Shown here: positions 58,384 through 64,000 of the stretch, piece by piece
Position numbering within the stretch: the stretch's first letter is position 1
How the letters are laid out: each line of letters starts with the position of its first letter
NCBI GenBank assembly: GCA_023410645.1
Contig: JAEYPQ010000073.1
Coordinates: 10,971-74,970 of the forward strand
Length of the DNA stretch: 64,000 bases
Reading direction: 5' to 3'
DNA from: Bacillota bacterium
GTDB taxonomy: Bacteria; Bacillota; Clostridia; TANB77; CAG-465
Position numbers and translations under genes: made by a program
The notes under the pieces: model-generated
Database searches by the model: none
What the model was told of the DNA's origin: nothing
The model's input: the letters and a program-made list of their open reading frames with translations, nothing else

Positions 58384-59028
58384 ATGAAAATAAATACACC
58401 ATATTTCACTTTAAAAATAGAAGTACTATTAATAATAGTATTTCTAATTTCTATTTTATTTGAAAATGTTAGAAATTTTCTTTATTCTTTTTATATATGC
58501 TATTTATTTATAGTATTTCACGAACTTTCTCATATGTTTATTGCAGCGATTCTTGGAAAAGAAATAAAGGACTTTAAAATGTCCTTAGCAGGTGTATGTA
58601 TAACTTTTAAAGAAGAAAAGTACGAAAAAATAAAAATTACCAAAATAAATAATATAAAAAACATATTTATTTATCTTGCCGGTCCATTGTCTAATTTAAT
58701 AATTGCAGTGTTATTTCAAAATATAAAATTAATATTCGAAATTAATATATTTTTTGCATTGCTAAATCTCATTCCATTATATCCTTTAGATGGTTATAAT
58801 ATATTACAAAATATTTTAATGATTATTAAAAGTAAGGAAAAAAACAAAAGTATCTTAAAAATATTAGAAAAAGTGATATTATTAATATTTTTTACCATTT
58901 CAATATTACAGATAATATATTTTAAAAATCCATCCATGATAATTTTTGTAATATATATATATTTACAAATAAAACAAAAAGATGTATTTGATAAAAATGT
59001 TGAAATATTGAAGAAAATAAGATATTAA
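58384..59028 (+). CDS. M50 site-2 protease family (SpoIVFB-like) membrane metalloprotease
   Basis: HELSH zinc motif inside a TM helix, and the NLIPLYPLDG (NxxPxxxLDG) motif. Confidence 0.75.
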   Translation: MKINTPYFTLKIEVLLIIVFLISILFENVRNFLYSFYICYLFIVFHELSHMFIAAILGKEIKDFKMSLAGVCITFKEEKYEKIKITKINNIKNIFIYLAGPLSNLIIAVLFQNIKLIFEINIFFALLNLIPLYPLDGYNILQNILMIIKSKEKNKSILKILEKVILLIFFTISILQIIYFKNPSMIIFVIYIYLQIKQKDVFDKNVEILKKIRY

Positions 59029-59138
59029 AGAAATGTTTCAAATAAATTACAAAAATATTACAGTTTTTTTGTTAAAACACTTGATTTTTTACAAAAAAAA
59101 TAGTATTATATGTGTAGATTTATTTGGGGGTGTTAAAT

Positions 59139-60413
59139 GTGGCTATCGGAGACATTATAGTTGGGCTAGATTTAGGCGTTTCAAAGGTAAGTTGTGTTAT
59201 AGGACAAGTTAATAAATTTAGCGAAATAGAAGTTATTGGTTACGGTTTAGCAAATAATTCGGGTATAAAAAAGGGCCAGATTTTAGATCCGCAAAATGTG
59301 GGACAATCTATAAAAAAAGCAATTGAATCTGCTGAACAAATATCAGAACTTTCCGTTAATTCTGCATATGTAAATGTAAAAGGTTTAAATGTTAGAATTG
59401 AAAAGGTTGTTATGGAGTCAGAAGTTGAAAAGCCTGATGATGGAATGACTATAAACGATATATACAATTTATTTAATAAAATACAATATGCTACTAGTCT
59501 GGAAAATGATGAGCAAATTATAGATATATTACCTTTTGAATATTACGTTAATGGTAGAACATATAAAGAGGAGCCAATAGGAGCTTTTTGCAAAAGATTT
59601 TCAATGGAAGTTGAGGTAATAATTGCAAAGGGTGATTATATAGCTGGCGTACAAAAGGCACTTAAATATGCCGGTATATCTTTAGACGGGCTTATACTTG
59701 AAACATTAGCAACTTCGAATATAGTTTTAATGCCAGAAGAAAAAGAAATGGGAGTCTTACTAGTAGATATTGGGGCAGGACACACAGATATATCAGTTTA
59801 TAAAAATTCTAAAATTGAATTTTATAGCACTTTACCTGTTGGTGGCGATCATATTACAAGTGATATAGCATTAACATTTGATATTTCTACCACTGAAGCA
59901 GAAAAATTAAAAAAGCAATATAATCTTGCTATTATGGCTATGATAACGAATAATCATGAATTAAAATTAACTACAAAAATGTCAGATGATCAAAATGATG
60001 TTATAAAGTGTAGTGATATTGTACAAGTAATAGAAGCAAGAGTTAAAGAAATATATCAAATAATTAGAAAACTAATAGCAGATAATAACTTAACAGGTAA
60101 AATTGAATGCATGGTTTTAACAGGACAAGGTATCAGCAATATTGTTGGTGTAGAAGAACTTGGAATGCTTATACTTAAACTAAATCAAGTCAGAATTTGT
60201 AGTCCAAAATTAATTAATATAATTAAACCACAACACACTACAGTTTTTGGAATGGTAAGGTATATAGCAAGTCTTGGAATAAGCAAACATGTAAATAGTG
60301 ATGTTGAAATAATAACTGATCCAAATATGAGAGAGAAATTTATATATAGTATAAAAACTTTCAAAGAAAAGTTTGGTAATATGTTTAAAAGAGTTAAAAA
60401 TATAGATGAATAA
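59139..60413 (+). CDS. ftsA: cell division protein FtsA
   Basis: IVGLDLGVSKV and LLVDIGAGHTDISV actin-fold phosphate motifs. The GTG start at 59139 lies 6 nt after GGGGGTG. Confidence 0.9.
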   Translation: MAIGDIIVGLDLGVSKVSCVIGQVNKFSEIEVIGYGLANNSGIKKGQILDPQNVGQSIKKAIESAEQISELSVNSAYVNVKGLNVRIEKVVMESEVEKPDDGMTINDIYNLFNKIQYATSLENDEQIIDILPFEYYVNGRTYKEEPIGAFCKRFSMEVEVIIAKGDYIAGVQKALKYAGISLDGLILETLATSNIVLMPEEKEMGVLLVDIGAGHTDISVYKNSKIEFYSTLPVGGDHITSDIALTFDISTTEAEKLKKQYNLAIMAMITNNHELKLTTKMSDDQNDVIKCSDIVQVIEARVKEIYQIIRKLIADNNLTGKIECMVLTGQGISNIVGVEELGMLILKLNQVRICSPKLINIIKPQHTTVFGMVRYIASLGISKHVNSDVEIITDPNMREKFIYSIKTFKEKFGNMFKRVKNIDE

Positions 60414-60434
60414 AGAATTGAGGGGGAAAAAGTA

Positions 60435-61589
60435 ATGGAAAATGATTTACAAATTGGTATGGCAAGTATTAAAGTTGTAGGTGTTGGTGGAGCTGGAAAT
60501 AATGGAGTAAATAGAATGGTTGAATCTGGACTTAAAGGTGTAGAATTCATATCTATTAATACTGATAAACAAGCTTTACAATTATCAAGAGCAAGCAAGA
60601 AGATACAAATAGGAGAAAAATTAACTAGAGGACTTGGCGCAGGTGCAAATCCTGAAGTTGGAAAATGTAGCGCAGAAGAATCAAAAGCAGAGATAGCCGA
60701 AGCTTTAAAAGGTGCAGATATGGTATTTGTAACCACTGGAATGGGCGGAGGAACAGGAACAGGAGCAGCTCCTATAGTTGCTGAAGTTTCTAAAGAAATG
60801 GGTATTCTTACAGTTGGTGTTGTGACAAAGCCTTTCCCTTTTGAAGGAAAAAGAAGAATGACACAAGCTGATCGTGGTATTGAAGAATTAAGACAATCAG
60901 TTGATACTTTAATTATAATTCCAAATGAGAAATTATTACAAGTTGTTGAAAAACAAACTTCTTTTGATGAAGCTTTAAAAATGGCAGATGATGTATTAAG
61001 ACAAGGTGTACAAGGTATATCTGATTTAATAACAATACCAGGTCTTGTAAACTTAGATTTTGCTGATGTTAAGACTATAATGTTAGATGCTGGAATTGCT
61101 CATATGGGTATAGGAAGAGCATCTGGTGAACATAGAGCTCAAGAAGCTGCAAGACAAGCTATACATAGTCCATTACTTGAAACATCTATTGAGGGTGCTG
61201 GTGGCGTATTAATTAATGTAACTGGTGGTAGAGATCTAGGACTTCTAGAAATTAATGAAGCTGCTGAACTAGTACAAAAATCAGTTGATCCAGAAGCAAA
61301 TATAATATTTGGTGCTGTAATAGACGAAAATTTAACAAATGAAATTGTTATAACTGTTATTGCAACTGGATTTGCTAAGGCATCTTCTTTTCAAGAATTG
61401 AAGTTGGATAATGTATTAAATGATGCTCTTAAAAATGCGACAAGCAGTAACTCTTCAAGTAGTATTCCTTCTGGTAATTTAAATGGAGTAAATATTATGG
61501 GAAATAGTTCAAAAAATTCTTTTAACTCAAACAATTATAATGTTGATTTAGATATTCCACCTTTCTTAAGAAGAAATAAAGGAGAATAA
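60435..61589 (+). CDS. ftsZ: cell division protein FtsZ
   Basis: Tubulin signature [17 protein letters not shown], and a C-terminal DIPPFLRR tail. Confidence 0.97.
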   Translation: MENDLQIGMASIKVVGVGGAGNNGVNRMVESGLKGVEFISINTDKQALQLSRASKKIQIGEKLTRGLGAGANPEVGKCSAEESKAEIAEALKGADMVFVTTGMGGGTGTGAAPIVAEVSKEMGILTVGVVTKPFPFEGKRRMTQADRGIEELRQSVDTLIIIPNEKLLQVVEKQTSFDEALKMADDVLRQGVQGISDLITIPGLVNLDFADVKTIMLDAGIAHMGIGRASGEHRAQEAARQAIHSPLLETSIEGAGGVLINVTGGRDLGLLEINEAAELVQKSVDPEANIIFGAVIDENLTNEIVITVIATGFAKASSFQELKLDNVLNDALKNATSSNSSSSIPSGNLNGVNIMGNSSKNSFNSNNYNVDLDIPPFLRRNKGE

Positions 61590-61718
61590 ATTAAAATCTA
61601 TATATTTAATGAATTGCATACTTAAGTATGCAATTTTTTTTAAAACTTTTTATCTACAATTTTATTCTACAAAATTTTATTCATTTGCGTATTATAATTT
61701 ATTAAGGTGATTAATTAA

Positions 61719-62528
61719 ATGAAAATCTACCTAGAATATGTATTTATTGAAAATTTAATAGTAAATTATGTGATAGTAAATCAAATAAGCATTTTTACTA
61801 AAATAAAGATATCTAAAATAAATAAATTCTTTTCAATATTTATTCTATCTTTTTATACTGTTGTAGAAATTGTACTAAAAGATAATATTATATCTAATAT
61901 ATTAATTAAGATTTTAGTTGTAAATGTATCAATATATATTGGATTTAGATCTAAAAATTTAGGAGTATATCTAAAAGAAATTGTATATTATTACATTATT
62001 TCATTTACTTATGTAGGAATAATAATATCAATTACACTATTATTTAATATTCCTATTGAAAAGACATATATTAAAATATTAATTTATATAGTTTCGTATG
62101 CAATATTATATGTGTTTAATAATTTTTTGTGGAAACTGTGGAAAACAGACATAAAGAAAAATGATTTGACATATAAAATTAATATAAATGGACATGAGAT
62201 ACAAGCTTTTGTGGATACTGGAAATACAGTTAAGGATTATATAAATAATTTAGATGTTATATTTATTGAGAAAAAATGGTATGAAATATTTAAAAAAGAA
62301 AATTTATTTATATCCAAAGAAAAAATAAATATTAATACCATAAATTCAAATAATGAGGTTTATGGTTATGTAATAAAAAACATAGAAATATTCAAACAAA
62401 ATGAAACATTTTATTTTGAAAAAATGGTATTTGTTTTTGTTGATCATAATATAAATAAAAGTTTAGATTGTACTGCTATTATTGGATACGATACATATGT
62501 AGAAAAATTAAAGGGGGTATCATTATGA
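61719..62528 (+). CDS. spoIIGA: sigma-E processing peptidase SpoIIGA
   Basis: Five N-terminal TM segments and the aspartic protease motif FVDTGN. It lies immediately upstream of sigE. Confidence 0.85.
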   Translation: MKIYLEYVFIENLIVNYVIVNQISIFTKIKISKINKFFSIFILSFYTVVEIVLKDNIISNILIKILVVNVSIYIGFRSKNLGVYLKEIVYYYIISFTYVGIIISITLLFNIPIEKTYIKILIYIVSYAILYVFNNFLWKLWKTDIKKNDLTYKININGHEIQAFVDTGNTVKDYINNLDVIFIEKKWYEIFKKENLFISKEKININTINSNNEVYGYVIKNIEIFKQNETFYFEKMVFVFVDHNINKSLDCTAIIGYDTYVEKLKGVSL

Positions 62529-63235
62529 TAAAGAATAATACTTTAAGAGCTATATACTTAAAAATGCTAAAGATGTTTGGATTAGATGAAAACAATATAT
62601 ACTATATAGCTGGAAGTGACAAGTTACCTGCACCTCTAGATTCAAAAGAGGAACAAGAATTATTAGAAAAACTAATGAAAAAAGATTTAGAAGCAAAAAA
62701 TACATTAATAGAAAGAAATTTAAGATTAGTCGTATATATTGCAAAGAAATTTGAAAATTCAGGTGTAAATATTGAAGATTTAATATCTATAGGTACAATA
62801 GGATTAATGAAAGCAATTAATAGTTATAATTTAGATAAAAATATAAAACTCGCTACATATGCATCCAGATGTATAGAAAATGAAATATTAATGTTTCTTA
62901 GAAAAAATAATAGAATAAAAACAGAAATATCAATTGATGAACCAATTAATACGGATAGTGAAGGAAATGATTTATCATTAGGTGATATTTTAGGAACAGA
63001 TAATGATAGTATATTTAGATCAATTGAAGAAAGTGATAATAAAAAAGTTTTACTTGGTGCTATAAAAAAATTAAATAAAAGAGAAAAGATGATTATGCAA
63101 CTTAGATATGGATTTGATGGGATTGAAGAGCTTACTCAAAAAGAAGTTGCCGATAAGCTTGGTATATCACAATCATATATTTCAAGAATTGAAAAAAAGG
63201 TAATAAATAGTCTAAAAAAAGACTTTTCGCTTTAA
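62525..63235 (+). CDS. sigE: sporulation sigma factor SigE (pro-sigma-E)
   Basis: YYIAGSDKLPAPL pro-sequence region, then region 2 NLRLVVYIAKKF...DLISIGTIGLMKAI, and region 4 ELTQKEVADKLGISQSYISRIEKK. The ATG at 62525 follows GGGGG. Confidence 0.9.
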   Translation: MIKNNTLRAIYLKMLKMFGLDENNIYYIAGSDKLPAPLDSKEEQELLEKLMKKDLEAKNTLIERNLRLVVYIAKKFENSGVNIEDLISIGTIGLMKAINSYNLDKNIKLATYASRCIENEILMFLRKNNRIKTEISIDEPINTDSEGNDLSLGDILGTDNDSIFRSIEESDNKKVLLGAIKKLNKREKMIMQLRYGFDGIEELTQKEVADKLGISQSYISRIEKKVINSLKKDFSL

Positions 63236-63294
63236 TATGTATAACTTATAATTAACGAGAAAAAATATGAACAAATGAAAAAGGAGGAATACAT

Positions 63295-64000
63295 ATGAAT
63301 GTAAAAGTTGAAATCCAAGGATTAGATACTTCTAAATTACCAAAATTATCTGCAAAAGAACAAATGGAATTACTACATAAAATAAAAAACGGCGAAACAG
63401 AATTAAAAGATAAATTTATTGAGGCAAATTTAAGATTAGTATTAAGTATAATTAAAAAGTTTAATAATAGAGGTGAAAATATAAATGATATTTTCCAAAT
63501 AGGAGTTATAGGATTAATAAAATCAATTGATAATTTTGATATTAATCAACCTGTTCAATTTTCCACATATGCGGTTCCTATGATAATTGGTGAAATAAAG
63601 AGGTACTTGAGAGATAATAGTGCTTTTAGGATAACAAGATCTTTAAGGGATCTAGCATATTTAATTTCTCAGGAAAAAGAAAAATATATTAGAGAAAAAA
63701 ATGAAGAACCAACCATTGATGAGTTGTGCAAAATTACAGGAGCAGAAAAAGAAGATGTTATACTAGCAATTGATAGTATGGTTACACCTATGTCAATATA
63801 TGATTGTGTGTATAATGATGGTGGGGATCAAATATATCTACTTGATCAATTAAAAAATGAGAAAGAGGAATCTGAGAATGTTATTGATAAAATAGCAATT
63901 GAACAGATATTAGAAAAATTAAGTGAAAAAGAAAGACATATAATACAAAAAAGATATTTTAATGATAAAACACAAACTGAACTTGCAGAGGAGTTAGGTG
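63295..64000 (+). CDS. sigG: sporulation sigma factor SigG (3' end beyond window)
   Basis: Hand translation MNVKVEIQGLDTSKLPKLSAKEQMELL...NLRLVLSIIKKF...FQIGVIGLIKSIDNFD...FSTYAVPMIIGEIKRYLRDN. AAGGAGGAA SD upstream. It sits after sigE. Confidence 0.85.
   Translation, partial: MNVKVEIQGLDTSKLPKLSAKEQMELLHKIKNGETELKDKFIEANLRLVLSIIKKFNNRGENINDIFQIGVIGLIKSIDNFDINQPVQFSTYAVPMIIGEIKRYLRDNSAFRITRSLRDLAYLISQEKEKYIREKNEEPTIDELCKITGAEKEDVILAIDSMVTPMSIYDCVYNDGGDQIYLLDQLKNEKEESENVIDKIAIEQILEKLSEKERHIIQKRYFNDKTQTELAEELG

Noticed and set aside
60185-60736. 183-aa minus-strand ORF from the track, overlapping the ftsA end and the ftsZ start.
   Set aside because: It is antisense to the most conserved part of ftsZ (the [10 protein letters not shown] region). 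Its translation is a low-complexity mirror of the sense frame and it has no SD. This is a typical shadow ORF.
61640-61718. Possible degenerate Spo0A boxes (ATCTACA and TTCTACA, 10 nt apart) upstream of spoIIGA.
   Set aside because: Both deviate from TGTCGAA/TTCGACA at the critical CG, so they cannot be told apart from the AT-rich background. I mention them only as something to test if Spo0A ChIP data exist.

Overview
This is a strongly AT-rich chromosomal segment from an endospore-forming Firmicute. The gene content is Clostridia-like (cwlD, a Spo0E-like gene, an M23/M50 SpoIVF-like pair, spoIIGA-sigE-sigG), and the segment spans the replication origin. All calls come from reading the translated ORFs and the raw sequence; no database search was possible. 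Layout: (1) 1-1520 holds a truncated ddl, a hypothetical gene and two divergent tRNA-Arg genes. (2) About 1530-15600 is a prophage-derived island next to tRNA-Arg(ACG). It carries a lysogeny-type switch (XRE repressor, ImmA-like protease, mirror-image consensus promoters with repeated ACGATA operators), a sigma-like late activator, a TcdE-type holin, a complete non-contractile siphovirus-type tail module and an M23/SH3 lysin. It has no capsid, portal, terminase, replication or integrase gene, so it is a candidate F-type tailocin. (3) 16.7-20.5 kb holds tadA, cwlD, small secreted or membrane proteins, and a YlbF-like gene. (4) 20.5-28.2 kb is a tightly packed minus-strand operon. It joins a split VirB4-type ATPase to TadZ-, CpaF- and TadB/C-like proteins, an unknown protein and a CapA-like ectoprotein. 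No pilin, prepilin peptidase, coupling protein or relaxase is present. This is my top candidate for an undescribed system. (5) 28.4-38.4 kb holds N/Q/Y-rich proteins, a Spo0E-like gene, an M16 peptidase pair, yqeY-like, tagO-like, rpiB, ywlE-like and ZIP transporter genes, a SleB-like hydrolase and two tRNA-Ser genes. (6) 38.4-53.7 kb is the origin region: parB-parA-rsmG-mnmG-mnmE-jag-yidC-yidD-rnpA-rpmH, then oriC, dnaA, oriC (DnaA boxes, a (CTA)6 DnaA-trio-like run and an AT-rich tract), then dnaN-recF-gyrB. gyrA and yaaA are missing from their usual positions. (7) 53.7-64 kb holds the L20-leader-controlled infC-rpmI-rplT operon (infC apparently starts at ATA), efp, miaB, the M23/M50 pair, ftsA-ftsZ and spoIIGA-sigE-sigG. 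Spo0A-box heptamers (TGTCGAA/TTCGACA) recur in at least eight intergenic regions, including oriC.
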